In this document: piece by piece, positions 12,117 through 25,466 of the stretch
How positions within the stretch are numbered: position 1 is the first letter of the stretch
Layout: each line of letters starts with the position of its first letter
From: Basidiobolus meristosporus CBS 931.73
Lineage: Eukaryota; Fungi; Basidiobolomycota
DNA length: 64,000 nucleotides
Direction of reading: 5' to 3'
NCBI GenBank assembly: GCA_002104905.1
Contig: MCFE01000203.1
Location: 1-64,000, forward strand
Notes under the pieces: generated by a model
Databases searched by the model: none
What the model was told of the DNA's origin: nothing
Seen by the model: the letters and a program-made list of their open reading frames with translations, nothing else
Translations under genes and position numbers: made by a program

Positions 12117-12643
12117 TTTAGCAGGGGTATAGATGGGAGGTGAGCGATTGATGATTTATGAAAGGAGAGTCGGGACGTGGGCGTCTGCGTCTGCGTCTGC
12201 GTGGAGTTGGACGCAGGCGGAGGGGATATGCGGATCCAAGTGAAATGTTGGTAACAGGTAGCGACTGGCAACCCTCTTTTATAGCCGACGACGCAGCGGG
12301 AGCCAATCCATTGGTACAGACACCTCAAACGTTCCGTCGAAATGACCACCTCGAACGGTATCCAGTAATCGGCTTGCATCAACACTCGATCCATATCCCC
12401 GGGATTGGTCAGGTCTGCGACGTTACGTGTAACATTAATTACACACCATCCACACCTCACCTTGGGGACGTCCATTTGCCCAACTCAACCAAGGTGGTCG
12501 CTGATCTAGACCTCACCAGTCACTACTCACTACCCACCACTCGGTGTTGGCCAATGTATCAAGCGCAAATCAATTCGATAGAAATTCGGGATTTATTACG
12601 TGATCATATATGTACACGAACTCGACCAGTAGGGTGGAGGCGA

Positions 12644-13416
12644 TCAGGGATGGGATGTCTTGGTGAAGTCGTAGTAGAACATGATCGCGTCCACCAACTC
12701 CTCCGGACTGCCCTTCAACCGACCGGCCTTCGGTATACGGCCGATCTCCTGGAAGCCCAGTCTACGCCAGAGCCTGATCGAGGCATGGTTGTTCACGAAG
12801 ACGAGGTTGAACATGGACGCTTGGTATCCCAGCGCGGGGGCGACCTTCAAGAACGCCTCCGCCATCACCCCGCCCACCCCCAGGTTGCGGGAGGATGGGC
12901 CCACGAAGAAGCCGCCGTTGCAGATCTATCCGAGATCGGGATGGGTGTGAGAATGGGTCAAGATGCGGTGGAGGTGATGGGACTTACATGGGAACACCGG
13001 CCGGGGAAATTCGGCTTCACGTAGAACATCCCCAGGACCTTGCTCCCCCAATCGACCAGGTCCTCCTCAAGCTCCGACCAGCCAACCCCCTCGTCCACCT
13101 CCCCCCTCAGCAGGAGGAAGCAATCGTAGCCGAGGAAGTATTGGAGAAATCCCGCCCGGTCCAACGGCTCCTCCTGGGGATACGTGTTCCCCTCGAGGAT
13201 CTCCTCGTTGAAGAGACCGTGCAGATGGTCCACCAGACGTGGGTATTTCCCCGCGAGGAAGCTCTTACCCGGTAGGAACGTCCCCTCCGGCTGGTTGGTG
13301 AGGTGGTAGAGGGTGGTTTGGGCGCCGTTTTTCAGTGGTAGCTGCATGGGGAGCAGATCGTAGAGTCGACCATGATCGGATTCCGGTCGTGCGATGGTGC
13401 CATATGCGGAGGACAT
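12644..13416 (-). CDS. GNAT acetyltransferase, Mpr1/Spt10-type, 2 exons
   Basis: GNTYPQ, FYVKPNFPGRCSH/ICNGGF, LGYQASMFNLVFVNN and IGRIPKAGRL match the yeast Mpr1/Spt10 acetyltransferase domain. Confidence 0.85.
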
Positions 13417-13464
13417 CTGAATCTGGTGTGGTCGTGGGGGGGGGGCTCGGATGGGGGAGTGAGA

Positions 13465-13523
13465 GTAACTGTAACTATAATCGTAACCGTAACCGTAACC
13501 GACCGTAACCGTAACCGTGAACC
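13465..13523. repeat. (GTAACY)n hexamer microsatellite upstream of the GNAT gene
   Basis: About 9 imperfect gtaacc/gtaact units. Confidence 0.8.
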
Positions 13524-13970
13524 CCCTCCCCAGTGATGACCAATGATTTATATAGTTTAGCGTGACCGTCGGTGGGAAAATCTCGGCCATCATCCCTCGA
13601 GGTCCACGTAATCCCAACTCATATCACACATCTCCAGCGTTTGGTGTGTGCGCGCATCCGGACCTGCTGGATGGCCAAATCTATATGCATGGCCCGACAC
13701 ACAAATCCCTAACCTACTTCCATTCCCATCCCATCCCATCCATCACCCACCGCAGCAAATCATCCCATATCCACGTGAGGCCAATGGAATATATTAATCG
13801 AAGAATCGACGAATCATACGCTCTAATGTAATACATAAAAACGGTGGTAGTGGTGGAAGGGTCGCATCTATTGGTGGCGGGGGGGGGGAGGGCCGCAATG
13901 GACGGTTGTGAGGTTAGAAGAATCCAGGGAAGAAGGGGATGGGACGCTCCGTTTGCTGTGGATTGCCTGG

Positions 13971-16900
13971 TTAGTGGGCGGGGATCGGTCCCGAATCGAA
14001 GAACATGAGACTACTTACATTTTGGAATTTGTTGATGGTGTTGATCAGCTCGTTGAATCGGAGCGGCTTGGTAACGTATTCATCCATGCCAGATGCGATG
14101 CACTTCTCCCGGTCCCCGATCATGGCATGCGCGGTGAGGGCTATGATAGGGATGTGGATGCCGGTGGCGTATTCGAGCTCTCGTATCTTGGCCGTCGCCT
14201 CGAAGCCACCCATGATGGGCATTTGGACATCCATCAGGATGAGATCGAACTTGTGCTCCTTGATGGCCTCCACCGCCAGCAATCCGTTGGAAACGATCTT
14301 CACTTCGTGACCATGCTTCTCAAGTATCCTGACCGCCAGCTTCTGGTTGACAATATTGTCCTCGGCCAGGAGAATCTTCAACTTCTTCCCGATCACCTCG
14401 GTGGTCATGGCTATGTGCGACTCGAGGGCGGGCATCAAGGCGCTGGTCAGGTCCGGCAGGGACACGGGCACGTTCATGTAGGAAGTAATCAGCATGTCGA
14501 TGCACTCCTTCATCTTCAGTTTCATCGGCATCGTGATTGCCAGTAGCACGACTGGGATGTAACGAAGACAAGAGTGCTGTCGGACCTTTTCCACCTCGGT
14601 GATTTCATCGATAATCATGGTATCAAAGATCGGCTTATCGCCGGGTTTCATCTTGCCACACATCATGACCGCCTCTTCGACCGAATGTGCAAGCGTCGGT
14701 CGAATCCCGAGCTGCTTCAACAGCTCAATCGTTTCCTGCCCTGCCGGATGGCCATGGGTACTCAGCACCAGTATATGGCGGCTATGGTAGGTGGCCAGGC
14801 GGGAATCGAACTGCTCTTGCGGAATGGAGCTCAGCCGGAACTCCGCGGTGAAGTAAAAGTCGCTCCCTTCCCCGTAGACGCTGTTGACCCAGAGATCTCC
14901 GCCCATTAGGTGGACCAGCTTCTTCGAGATGAGAAGGCCGAGCCCCGTGCCCCCGTACTTTCGCGTGGTCGAGCCATCCGCTTGGGAGAATGTATCGAAG
15001 ATCAAGTTGAACTTGTCGCTTTGGATGCCGATCCCTGTATCACTCACACAGAACGTCAGCACCACTTTCGTGTCTGTTAGCTTTTTGACGGAGGCGCGCA
15101 TGGTAACCTGACCCTCGGTGGTAAACTTGATGGCGTTGCCCACCAGGTTGGTGATCACCTGGCGCAGGCGCAGCGGATCCCCAGTTAATTGATCGGGGAT
15201 GTCGTTGTCCACGTCGTAGATCAGGTCCAACTTACGCTGGGTCGCCTTTACCGCCAGTGTCTTCAGCACTCCGAACACAGCCGTTCTAAGGGAGAAGGGT
15301 ATCTCTTCAATGATCAGCTTGCCAGCTTCAATCTTGGAAATGTCCAGGATGTCATCGATAATGGTGAGCAGAGAGTTCGCTAGCTGACTGACAATCATCA
15401 GGTTTTCCCTCTGCTGCCTAGTAAGGTCCGTTTCTAAGGTCAACGACGTCATTCCGATGATCCCGTTCATCGGTGTCCGGATCTCATGCGACATGTTGGC
15501 CAGGAATTCGCTCTTGGCTCGGTTGGCGAGTTCTGCCGTTTCTCGGGCAGCAACATTGCGTTGTATGCTCTCTCGGAGGTTGTAAATCATTTGATTGATC
15601 TTGGTTTTGAGCGAGTCCATTTCGCCAGAAGCTTCCACCGTGATGTACCGTGTGAAATCTCCGTCCGTAGCCGCGGCGGAGATCTGGGCGAACGCTCGGA
15701 CCTGGGTGGTTAAGTTGGCTGCCATCGTGTTGACGTTGCTGGTAATCTCTTGCCAAATCCCTTCGACATCTTTAACCTGCGCTTGGACGCCGAGTTTACC
15801 CTCGGTACCCACTTCACGAGCAACTCGAGTGACTTCTGCGGCAAACGTGCTCAACTGATCAACCATGGTGTTGATCGTATTTTTCAGATCAAGAACCTCG
15901 CCGTTGACATCCACTGTGATCTTCTTGGAGAGGTCGCCACAAGCGACGGCTTTGCACACATGGGCGATATCACGCACCTGAGCTGTCAAGTTGGAAGCCA
16001 TCCAGTTCACATTGTCAGTGAGATCTTTCCACGTCCCGCCAACATCCTTGACCACGGCTTGACCGCCAAGAATACCTTCGGTTCCGACATCGCGAGCAAC
16101 CCGGATCACCTCTGCCGCAAAGATCCGAAGCTGATCAACCATGGAGTTCACAGTGTTTTTCAGCTCTAGAATCTCTCCTTTCACATCGACGGTAACTTTC
16201 TTAGACAAATCTCCTTGAGCTACAGCCGTCGTCACAGCAGCAATGGATCGTACCTGGCCAGTTAGGTTGGCAGCCATGATATTGACGTTGTCGGTCAGAT
16301 CTTTCCAGGTCCCGCCGATATCCTTGACAACTGCTTGGCCACCAAGCTTTCCTTCGGTGCCTACTTCTAGGGCCACACGGGTGACCTCGGTCGCAAAGGT
16401 TTGGAGCTGGTCGACCATAGTATTTATGGTCTTCTTTAGATCCAACATCTCCCCTTTTACATCCACTTTGATTTTCCGGGAAAGATCCCCCTTCGCAACG
16501 GCTTTACTGACATTGGCAATATCACGTACTTGGTTGGTCAGATTGTCAGCCATTGTATTCACATTGTCGGTCAACTCTTTCCATGTCCCTCCTACATCCT
16601 TGACAACTGCTTGACCGCCAAGCTTTCCTTCTGTGCCAACCTCACGAGCAACGCGAGTAACCTCGGCAGCAAACGTTCTCAACTGATCCACCATGGAGTT
16701 GACTGTGGTTTTGAGCTCATTAATCTCACCTTTTACATCGACAGTGATCTTCTTGGAAAGATCTCCACAGGCGACCGCTGTAGTAACCTCTGCTATAGAT
16801 CTTACTTGACCCGTAAGATTGGCCGCCATGATGTTGACGTTGTCGGTCAGGTCTTTCCAAGTTCCCGCAACGTCTTTCACTATTGCCTGACCGCCGAGCT

Positions 16901-19900
16901 TTCCCTCGGTGCCTACTTCCAGCGAAACCCGGGTGACTTCAGTAGCAAAGTTTTGCAATTGATCGACCATGGTGTTGATGGTATTCTTGAGATCTAGAAT
17001 TTCTCCTTTGACATCCACCGTGACTTTCTTGGATAGATCTCCGCGGGCGATTGCTTTACTGACAATGGCGATGTCACGCACTTGTGCCGTGAGATTGGAG
17101 GCCATCAAGTTCACATTGTCAGTCAGATCCTTCCAAGTTCCATCTACATCTTTGACCACCGCTTGGCCGCCAAGTTTCCCCTCGGTTCCGACTTCGCGGG
17201 CAACCCTGGTAACCTCTGCGGCGAAGGTACGAAGCTGGTCGACCATGGTATTTATGGTCACTTTCAACTCAAGGATCTCTCCTTTCACATCAACCGTCAC
17301 CTTCTTAGACAGATCACCTCGGGCGATGGCTTTACTGACGATGGCAATATCTCTTACCTGACCAGTCAGGTTGAAGGCCATAAGATTGACGTTTTCAGTC
17401 AAGTCCTTCCATGTGCCTCCCACATCTTTAACCACCGCTTGCCCGCCGAGCTTGCCTTCAGTGCCTACTTCACGAGCAACCCGAGTGACTTCTGATGCGA
17501 AAGTACTCAGTTGGTCCACCATTGTGTTGATGGTTTCTTTGAGCTCGTTAATTTCGCCCTTAACATCGACGGTGACCTTCCTGGAGAGATCGCCTCTTGC
17601 CACGGCCTTGCTGACAAATGCAATATCTCTTACTTGATTGGTAAGATTGGAGGCCATGAGATTCACGTTGTCGGTCAGGTCCTTCCAAGTTCCCCCAACG
17701 TCCTTGACTATAGCTTGGCCTCCAAGTTTACCTTGGGTACCGACCTCGCGAGCCACACGGGTGACCTCAGATGCGAATGTCTGAAGCTGATCTACCATCG
17801 TATTAATGGTATTCTTCAACTCCAAGATTTCGCCTTTGACGTTCACTGTGACCTTCTTTGAGAGATCTCCTCTGGCGACTGCTTTGCTGACGTTGGCAAT
17901 ATCACGTACTTGCCCGGTGAGGTTGAAGGCCATAAGATTGACATTGTCTGTCAAGTCTTTCCATGTTCCGCCGACATCTTTCACTACGGCCTGGCCACCG
18001 AGCTTGCCTTCGGTGCCTACCTCGCGGGCCACACGCGTAACTTCAGATGCAAAGGTTTGCAATTGGTCCACCATCGTGTTGATCGTGTTTTTCAGCTCCA
18101 AAATCTCTCCCTTCACATTGACTGTGACCTTCTTTGAGAGATCTCCTCTGGCGACTGCCTTGCTGACGTTGGCAATATCACGTACTTGCCCGGTGAGGTT
18201 GAAGGCCATAAGATTGACATTGTCTGTCAAGTCTTTCCAGGTGCCGCCAACGTCTTTGACTACCGCTTGGCCACCAAGTTTGCCTTCAGTGCCTACTTCA
18301 CGAGCTACACGGGTAACTTCAGATGCAAACGTTTGAAGTTGGTCCACCATTGTATTGATGGTGTTTTTCAACTCCAAAATTTCTCCCTTTACATCCACCG
18401 TAACCTTCTTTGAAAGATCACCCTTGGCAACTGCTTTGCTGACGTTCGCAATGTCACGTACTTGGCCAGTAAGATTGGATGCCATAAGGTTGACATTGTC
18501 TGTCAAGTCCTTCCAGGTGCCTCCTACATCCTTGACAACCGCTTGGCCACCAAGCTTTCCTTCAGTGCCCACCTCTCGAGCCACACGTGTGACTTCGGAG
18601 GCAAAGGTTTGAAGATCATCAACCATAGTATTGATGGTAACCTTCAACTCCTGAATTTCTCCTTTCACGTCGACAGTTACCTTCTTAGAGAGATCGCCTC
18701 TTGCTACGGATTTGCTTACGTTTGCAATATCACGGACTTGCGCTGTCAAATTGGAAGCCATGAGGTTAACATTTTCGGTCAAGTCCTTCCAAGTGCCGCC
18801 AACATCTTTGACCACAGCCTGTCCCCCGAGTTTTCCCTCTGTGCCGACCTCGCGAGCGACTCGAGTAACCTCTGAGGCAAAGGTTTGAAGATCATCAACC
18901 ATTGTATTTATGGTGACTTTGAGTTCGTTGATCTCTCCCTTTACATCGACTGTCACTTTCTTGGACAAATCACCACGGGCAACGGCTTTGCTTACGTTGG
19001 CAATGTCACGTACTTGATTGGTAAGGTTGGAGGCCATCATGTTGACATTGTTCGTCAAATCCTTCCAAGTGCCACCTACATCTTCCACTACTGCCTGGCC
19101 GCCAAGCTTGCCTTCTATGCCAACCTCCCGAGCAACGCGTGTTACCTCGGAGGCAAAGGTCTGCAAGTTGTCCACCATAGTATTAATTGTGGCCTTTAGT
19201 TCGTGTATCTCTCCTTTAACATTAACGGTGACCTTCTTTGAGAGATCTCCTCTCGCTACGGCCTTGCTCACATTCGCTATGTCTCTCACTTGATTTGTGA
19301 GGTTCGATGCCATCATATTAACATTATCCGTAAGGTCCTGCCATGTGCCGCCAACATCTTTCACCACGGCCTGGCCACCGAGCTTGCCTTCGGTGCCTAC
19401 CTCGCGGGCCACACGCGTAACTTCAGATGCAAAGGTTTGCAATTGGTCCACCATCGTGTTGATCGTGTTTTTCAGCTCCAAAATCTCTCCCTTCACATTG
19501 ACTGTGACCTTCTTTGAGAGATCTCCTCTGGCGACTGCTTTGCTGACGTTGGCAATATCACGTACTTGCCCGGTGAGGTTGAAGGCCATAAGATTGACAT
19601 TGTCTGTCAAGTCTTTCCAGGTGCCGCCAACGTCTTTGACTACCGCTTGGCCACCGAGCTTGCCTTCGGTGCCTACTTCACGAGCAACTCGTGTGACTTC
19701 GGATGCAAACGTTTGCAGATTATCCACCATGGTGTTGATAGTGATCTTCAACTCCTGAATCTCCCCTTTCACATCTACAGTGACCTTTTTGGAAAGATCG
19801 CCTCTTGCCACAGCCTTGCTCACGTTTGCAATATCTCGCACTTGATTCGTAAGATTGGATGCCATAAGGTTGACATTGTCTGTCAAGTCCTTCCAGGTGC

Positions 19901-21143
19901 CTCCTACATCCTTGACAACCGCTTGGCCACCAAGCTTCCCCTCTGTGCCGACTTCCAAAGAGACCCTGGTGACCTCGGTGGCGAATGTCTGTAGCTGGTC
20001 TACCATCGTATTGATGGTGACTTTCAACTCTTGTATCTCCCCTTTCACGTCCACCGTAACCTTTTTGGACAGATCGCCGCGGGCGACAGCTTTACTGACG
20101 TGGATGATGTCTCTCACTTGCCCGGTGAGATTCGAGGCCATCAAATTGACGTTGTCAGTTAGTAATTTCCAGGTACCATCAACATCTGGGACCTCTGCCT
20201 GCACCCCTAATTTTCCCTCGGTACCTACTGCATGGGCAACTCTGGTCACCTCCGATGCGAATGAGTTCAGCTGATCGACCATCGTGTTGATTGTATTTTT
20301 CAGGACAAACGTCTCACCCTTGATATCCACTGTGATTTTCTTTGTCAAATCTCCACGAGCAACCGCGGTACAAACCTCAGCAATATCTCGTACTTGCTCG
20401 CTGTGTCCACTGGCCACCTTGTTCAAGTTCATCACGATTTCTTTCCAGATTCCTTCCCAGTGCTCCACCTCCCCTTGGCTGCAGAATTTTCCAAGTTCGG
20501 CCATCTCATGACCGAAGTGGAAAACCTTCGACGCAAGTGATTCCAATCTATCGGCCATGTCGTTGATGGCTTGCTTGAGTGCCATGGTGGTTCCGGTTTC
20601 GTGTGAGCAACTAACTCTTCTGGACAAATCGCCATTTTTGATTGCGTTTGCTATGTCAGTACACTGTAGAATGCAGTTCAGGCAACCGTCCTCGGATGCT
20701 TCAGACCCTTGTGTGCTTTCCTCGCTCTCGGAGTTTGCCATCAGGCTAGGAAGGATAATGGATTGGGGTACAAATGCTACTTGAGAAGCGTTCTCAAGAG
20801 AACCCTCTTTGAGCATTAAATCATTTGAGGAAACTGCAAGATAACCGCGTGTGTTCAGTGAATTGTCTACATTGGATATGAGCAGGGATTCCTTTAATGC
20901 AGCCTGGCATTGGTGCAGTTCCTCTTTCATCTGGACCTGTCTCTCTATCAGCTTCCTTATGGAGGCTTCGATTTCAGTCTCTACTTGGCTTCCATTGGGT
21001 TGAGAACGGATACCTTGCAAATCCTCGAACCTCTCCTTTTCGGCTAGTGTCAGTAATGCCTGTATATGGTTCAGGAAATCCCCAGGTGGAGTGGTTGTGT
21101 CGCAGGATAAGTCGTTTGAACTGAGGGGCAATACTTCCGTCAT
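13971..21143 (-). CDS. NIK1: Group III hybrid histidine kinase (Nik1/Os-1 family), 2390 aa, intronless, very long poly-HAMP array
   Basis: 92-aa HAMP repeats, H-box [16 protein letters not shown], HATPase N/G1/F/G2 boxes ([23 protein letters not shown]), a degenerate receiver, and an intact receiver [10 protein letters not shown]. Confidence 0.97.
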   Translation of the reverse strand: MTEVLPLSSNDLSCDTTTPPGDFLNHIQALLTLAEKERFEDLQGIRSQPNGSQVETEIEASIRKLIERQVQMKEELHQCQAALKESLLISNVDNSLNTRGYLAVSSNDLMLKEGSLENASQVAFVPQSIILPSLMANSESEESTQGSEASEDGCLNCILQCTDIANAIKNGDLSRRVSCSHETGTTMALKQAINDMADRLESLASKVFHFGHEMAELGKFCSQGEVEHWEGIWKEIVMNLNKVASGHSEQVRDIAEVCTAVARGDLTKKITVDIKGETFVLKNTINTMVDQLNSFASEVTRVAHAVGTEGKLGVQAEVPDVDGTWKLLTDNVNLMASNLTGQVRDIIHVSKAVARGDLSKKVTVDVKGEIQELKVTINTMVDQLQTFATEVTRVSLEVGTEGKLGGQAVVKDVGGTWKDLTDNVNLMASNLTNQVRDIANVSKAVARGDLSKKVTVDVKGEIQELKITINTMVDNLQTFASEVTRVAREVGTEGKLGGQAVVKDVGGTWKDLTDNVNLMAFNLTGQVRDIANVSKAVARGDLSKKVTVNVKGEILELKNTINTMVDQLQTFASEVTRVAREVGTEGKLGGQAVVKDVGGTWQDLTDNVNMMASNLTNQVRDIANVSKAVARGDLSKKVTVNVKGEIHELKATINTMVDNLQTFASEVTRVAREVGIEGKLGGQAVVEDVGGTWKDLTNNVNMMASNLTNQVRDIANVSKAVARGDLSKKVTVDVKGEINELKVTINTMVDDLQTFASEVTRVAREVGTEGKLGGQAVVKDVGGTWKDLTENVNLMASNLTAQVRDIANVSKSVARGDLSKKVTVDVKGEIQELKVTINTMVDDLQTFASEVTRVAREVGTEGKLGGQAVVKDVGGTWKDLTDNVNLMASNLTGQVRDIANVSKAVAKGDLSKKVTVDVKGEILELKNTINTMVDQLQTFASEVTRVAREVGTEGKLGGQAVVKDVGGTWKDLTDNVNLMAFNLTGQVRDIANVSKAVARGDLSKKVTVNVKGEILELKNTINTMVDQLQTFASEVTRVAREVGTEGKLGGQAVVKDVGGTWKDLTDNVNLMAFNLTGQVRDIANVSKAVARGDLSKKVTVNVKGEILELKNTINTMVDQLQTFASEVTRVAREVGTQGKLGGQAIVKDVGGTWKDLTDNVNLMASNLTNQVRDIAFVSKAVARGDLSRKVTVDVKGEINELKETINTMVDQLSTFASEVTRVAREVGTEGKLGGQAVVKDVGGTWKDLTENVNLMAFNLTGQVRDIAIVSKAIARGDLSKKVTVDVKGEILELKVTINTMVDQLRTFAAEVTRVAREVGTEGKLGGQAVVKDVDGTWKDLTDNVNLMASNLTAQVRDIAIVSKAIARGDLSKKVTVDVKGEILDLKNTINTMVDQLQNFATEVTRVSLEVGTEGKLGGQAIVKDVAGTWKDLTDNVNIMAANLTGQVRSIAEVTTAVACGDLSKKITVDVKGEINELKTTVNSMVDQLRTFAAEVTRVAREVGTEGKLGGQAVVKDVGGTWKELTDNVNTMADNLTNQVRDIANVSKAVAKGDLSRKIKVDVKGEMLDLKKTINTMVDQLQTFATEVTRVALEVGTEGKLGGQAVVKDIGGTWKDLTDNVNIMAANLTGQVRSIAAVTTAVAQGDLSKKVTVDVKGEILELKNTVNSMVDQLRIFAAEVIRVARDVGTEGILGGQAVVKDVGGTWKDLTDNVNWMASNLTAQVRDIAHVCKAVACGDLSKKITVDVNGEVLDLKNTINTMVDQLSTFAAEVTRVAREVGTEGKLGVQAQVKDVEGIWQEITSNVNTMAANLTTQVRAFAQISAAATDGDFTRYITVEASGEMDSLKTKINQMIYNLRESIQRNVAARETAELANRAKSEFLANMSHEIRTPMNGIIGMTSLTLETDLTRQQRENLMIVSQLANSLLTIIDDILDISKIEAGKLIIEEIPFSLRTAVFGVLKTLAVKATQRKLDLIYDVDNDIPDQLTGDPLRLRQVITNLVGNAIKFTTEGQVTMRASVKKLTDTKVVLTFCVSDTGIGIQSDKFNLIFDTFSQADGSTTRKYGGTGLGLLISKKLVHLMGGDLWVNSVYGEGSDFYFTAEFRLSSIPQEQFDSRLATYHSRHILVLSTHGHPAGQETIELLKQLGIRPTLAHSVEEAVMMCGKMKPGDKPIFDTMIIDEITEVEKVRQHSCLRYIPVVLLAITMPMKLKMKECIDMLITSYMNVPVSLPDLTSALMPALESHIAMTTEVIGKKLKILLAEDNIVNQKLAVRILEKHGHEVKIVSNGLLAVEAIKEHKFDLILMDVQMPIMGGFEATAKIRELEYATGIHIPIIALTAHAMIGDREKCIASGMDEYVTKPLRFNELINTINKFQNVSSLMFFDSGPIPAH
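15570..20670 (-). repeat. 276-bp/92-aa tandem poly-HAMP array: 17 complete units plus a degenerate N-terminal unit and a terminal HAMP
   Basis: 17 G(K/I)LG motifs counted. The first (~20210) and last (~15794) are 4416 = 16 x 276 bp apart. Confidence 0.93.
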
Positions 21144-23122
21144 ATTGGCCCAAGTGATTATAGGAGTATCGGAAGCGGAAAATTGGTGGGTTAGGTTTGA
21201 TATTGACGTAGAGTTTGAAGCAAAAGTTGGCCTGGAAAATCAAAAATCGACGTAAATAAATAGAGATTTCAGCAATTCACTACTCGTGTAGAGAAGAGAA
21301 GGTGTTGTGATGCAGAGTTGATTGGTTAGTACCTCAGGTCAATAGCTTTCTGTATGAAAGAACGAGGTACTTAGAAGACCGGTGTGCGTATATATAGGAG
21401 ATATGTATATGTATATATATATATATAAGCTTTAGCTTCCCAAATGGCTACTCGACATACTACTCGGGAAATGGGAATTTTTCTTGTTCTCAGGTCTAAA
21501 AAGCAGATGCTTAGAAGAGAATGAAATTTAATTATTCTCGATAGCAAGTATTTCAAAGAAGAAAGGAACGAAAGAAAGAGAAACGGTACCACGGCGATAT
21601 AATATATAATAGTAAGAATTCACAATGCATGAATCCAATGATATCCATCAGACGACTGCTGTGAATTAGAGAGATGTATAATTCAGTTGAGGAGCCCCTC
21701 AGGGGGAACTAAATCGGGTGACCATTTAAAGTCAAGTGGAATCCATTGGACTACAGACCGAATGATTTCCATTTTGATCCAAGCTAGCTAACCATCAGCG
21801 ATTTGATATGGGAATCCACTGTAGTCTCCTGTGACTCAAAGTTTCAATCCAGAAGGTATAGCACCCATGTGTTATGTGTTACCCCAAATTATTTCACAAG
21901 GTTAAGCATCGATGTGCCACTTGCCAACACAGCCTAAAATGTATGGCTACTATTGGTTCTGGCATGTCGGTACGCAAAAGTCGTGGGGGGTGTTCGACTC
22001 GGGAACCATCAGGCTAGCTAGGTGCCACCCGGGTCAGCCCTCGACCTACATCTTCCGGCATGGGACACACATTGCTCCTTGACTAATCGCCAACTGATCA
22101 AGAGAAATACGCTAACCAAATCTCCACCAGCTTACAACATAGACTAGCCAAATATTCTCGCACGCATCCACTACGAAAACGAGATAGCACGCTAGCCAAA
22201 TCCATTCGCCATGGTGGGGATTCTCTGGATCGCGGATCACTCCCACAAGCCCTAGCTAAACGATTCCATGTATAGTTAGTCCCAAGATGGCCGAGAATGA
22301 GCTACTACGAGTACGTAGCTGAGTCAGCTCCTAGACGCGCGTTGTCATCTGAGCCAGTGAGTCAGTAAATGGATGATTCCACAGCCAGCACTGGCATTTC
22401 TTTAGTGCTACACTTATGTCTAACTTACACACATCCCCATTTATGCATACACGCAAACATACACGCTGCATAACCTCGATGTGTGTGGCTGATTCAAGCT
22501 CCTGGATCTGAGACGAAACAGCTTGGCTTCTTTTTCCTGGAGGTTCTAGTTACTGACTAGATAGACATAAGCGGCTCAAGTGTTGCCCTAATTATATACG
22601 GCGTCAGAGTGCTCGTACGCCAGCCCAATGGCAAAACCTTGCGCATATTGAGGTAACTTGAAGCGTTTCTAGGTGCGTAGGTGTCACCGTCAAATTTGTT
22701 GGTGATTTATTGGGCGATCAGTGCAACCATAGTGCCTCCATTCGGGGAAGCTATGTTTGTCTCTTCCGTGGTGATAGGCTAGGGTTAGGCTGTACTCAGA
22801 CATGTATTTTTATTTAGTCAATGGATCACTTGGGGTGCTGACATGTGATCCACTGCGTAATACAGTACTGGTTATTCGTGAACCTCAAAGGTATCCAACT
22901 AATTTCCGATGTGTGCCCCCACTTGCTCTTGGACAGATGAGGACATCCGGGCGAGGTCAGTCCTGAAGTGCTCAGGAGGAGAGCGATACCAGATACTCAT
23001 TGAGGGGGTGCATAGGAGCATTATTCTCTGGGATGATGTGTACGAAAGCAATATACGATAAAAGCGCTTCCTCGGTCGCCAACAATAAAGTATCATCGAT
23101 ATTCTTTAAGCTTAGACTTACA

Positions 23123-24220
23123 ATGGCCAGAAAAGCTTTCTTGATTACTTCCATTCTATGGGTGGCCTCCTGCTCTGCTGGTATCATGTACATCCCCAAA
23201 GACCCTAGTGCATCAGCATATCAGGACCCCTACAATGCGCCACATTCTTCATTGATCTCTGGAGACAAATCGCATACAGACACTGGCTATGCTGGAACGC
23301 ATCCTGTTAATAATGAATATCCTGAGCCACACTCCAGAAATAATGACTACCCTGAGAACGACTCTAAGGTACATCCAAAAGACCACGATTACCCAGAAGC
23401 TCGTCCAAGCGATGATTACCCCGAGGCTGAAACCGAGCCAAAGAATGATGGCTACTCAAAGCCCAAACCCAAGAATGGTGATTACCCCGAAACGCATCCC
23501 AAGAATGACGACTATCCTGAAAATCTCCCCAAGAATGACGATTATGCCGAAGGTCATGAGAGGAGTGATGACTACCCCGAGGCTAGTCCAAAGAAAGACG
23601 GCTACAAGAATCCCCACCCAAAGGATGATGACTATCAGCCAAAGAGTGACGACTACCCTGAGGCTCAGCCACTGAAGGATGACTACCAACCGGCGACGAA
23701 GTATCAGAGAAGCCACCCGAACTCACCACAGGACTACCAGCAGCCCGATTATTCCTCTGACAAGAACGGGTCTGGCAATGGCGCAGCCCACGATGACTAC
23801 GCCCCATCTGGCAAGCCAGACTCCAAGCATCCTGACGAGTACTTGGGAGATAAGGGCCATTCCCAGAAGTACGAGCAGGGTGGCAAGCATGGCGATGACT
23901 ACACACCCTCGCAACCAGGCTCAGGACAGCCGGACGTTGGGCCTGACTACCAACCCCCTGTGCACGATGAGTATGTTGAGCCGCACCCAGCAGGGTATCA
24001 GCAGCCAAAGCAAGGGGAAGACTATGGACCTGAATCTGGAAAGGGCAATGGAGGTTACAAGAACAAGGGCGCAGACGAGGAGTATGCACCAGGCTCTGGA
24101 AAGGGCAATGGAGATTACAAGTACAAAAAAGGGGAAAAGAGCCAGTCTAATGATGAGGAATATGGACCGGAAGGTGAGCCTCAATATGGTAAAGGCAAGG
24201 GCAAAGGGTATACATTATAA
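23123..24220 (+). CDS. Secreted Asp/Tyr/Pro/Lys/Gly-rich repeat protein, copy A
   Basis: Signal peptide MARKAFLITSILWVASCSA, then GIMYIPKDP, ~11-aa xDDYPE repeats and a G/K/Y-rich tail. The ATG at 23123 was chosen by alignment with copies B and C. Confidence 0.85.
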   Translation: MARKAFLITSILWVASCSAGIMYIPKDPSASAYQDPYNAPHSSLISGDKSHTDTGYAGTHPVNNEYPEPHSRNNDYPENDSKVHPKDHDYPEARPSDDYPEAETEPKNDGYSKPKPKNGDYPETHPKNDDYPENLPKNDDYAEGHERSDDYPEASPKKDGYKNPHPKDDDYQPKSDDYPEAQPLKDDYQPATKYQRSHPNSPQDYQQPDYSSDKNGSGNGAAHDDYAPSGKPDSKHPDEYLGDKGHSQKYEQGGKHGDDYTPSQPGSGQPDVGPDYQPPVHDEYVEPHPAGYQQPKQGEDYGPESGKGNGGYKNKGADEEYAPGSGKGNGDYKYKKGEKSQSNDEEYGPEGEPQYGKGKGKGYTL

Positions 24221-25466
24221 TGGTGCAGAATGAACTATATATATCCACCAAAAGTTAGCTATACACTTAGAGAATAAAATATATATTGACAAAGTGAACA
24301 TTTCATGTTTAGAGTGATTTCCAATTTCGTTTAATGAGGGGAGCCATTTTAGGTTGTAGGCCGCAACCATGGTGATGGTGATGGTGATGAATCGGCTATT
24401 TTTAGAGCGGGGATACCGTATTTTTCGTGCAAGTACATTTTATATGATTGGCCAAGAGGGATTTCGAAATTTACTGATTAAGATAGTGATTTTTATTTGG
24501 ATCCATGTCAAGTTGTACATTATAACCAGACTAAATAATTTTGATGTGATACAGTAGGACAGTTCAACCATCAGTAGCTATTTCGATACATGCGTCTAGT
24601 GATAGACTCCTGCTTTGGGATGTGGAGGTTGTCCTTCCGGTCCATATTCCTCATCATTAGACTGGCTCTTTCCCCCTTTTTTGTACTTGTAATCTCCATT
24701 GCCCTTTCCAGAGCCTGGTGCATAGTCCTCGTCTGCGCCCTTGTTCTTGTAACCTCCATTGCCCTTTCCAGATTCAGGTCCATAGTCTTCCCCTTGCTTT
24801 GGCTGCTGATACCCTGCTGGGTGTGGCTCAACATACTCATCGTGCACAGGGGGTTGGTAGTCGGGCCCAACGTCCGGCTGTCCTGAGCCTGGTTGCGAGG
24901 GTGTGTAGTCATCGCCATGCTTGCCACCCTGCTCGTACTTCTGGGAATGGCCCTTATCTCCCGAGTACTCGTCAGGATGCTTGGAGTCTGGCTTGCCAGA
25001 TGGGGCGTAGTCATCGTGGGCTGCGCCATTGCCAGACCCGTTCTTGTCAGAGGAATAATCGGGCTGCTGGTAGTCCTGTGGTGAGTTCGGGTGGCTTCTC
25101 TGATACTTCGTCGCCGGTTGGTAGTCATCCTTCAGTGGCTGAGCCTCAGGGTAGTCGTCACTCTTTGGCTGATAGTCATCATCCTTTGGGTGGGGATTCT
25201 TGTAGCCGTCTTTCTTTGGACTAGCCTCGGGGTAGTCATCGCTCCTCTCATGGCCTTCGGCATAATCGTCATTCTTGGGGAGATTTTCAGGATAGTCGTC
25301 ATTCTTGGGATGCGTTTCGGGGTAATCACCATTCTTGGGTTTGGGCTTTGAGTAGCCATCATTCTTTGGCTCGGTTTCAGCCTCGGGGTAATCATCGCTT
25401 GGACGAGCTTCTGGGTAATCGTCGTCTTTTGGATGTACCTTGGAGTCGTTCTCAGGGTAATCATTT
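23341..25466. repeat. Long inverted repeat: arms 23341-24174 and 24633-25466 (834 bp each), 458-bp spacer
   Basis: The coding DNA of copies A and B is nearly identical in reverse complement, with only scattered substitutions by eye. Confidence 0.9.

Noticed and set aside
13465-13523. (TTACGG)n as a telomere-like seed
   Set aside because: Short, imperfect and interstitial. Similar hexamer SSRs occur at ~10262 and ~12180.
13908-21124. Many plus-strand ORFs over the kinase gene
   Set aside because: Antisense shadows of a repetitive coding sequence. They recur with the 276-bp period and have no motifs.
13971-21143. Bacterial horizontal transfer of the intronless kinase
   Set aside because: The architecture is that of the fungal group III family, and SEC14 and the GPCR here are also intronless. 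It needs a phylogeny.
22319-22365. Two TGAGTCA (AP-1/Gcn4-type) sites in the 2-kb intergenic region
   Set aside because: 7-mers are expected by chance at this scale, and there is no conservation data.
23000-23122. 41-aa N-terminal extension of copy A in the ORF track
   Set aside because: Starts at a non-ATG codon. The paralogs begin at the signal peptide equivalent to ATG 23123.
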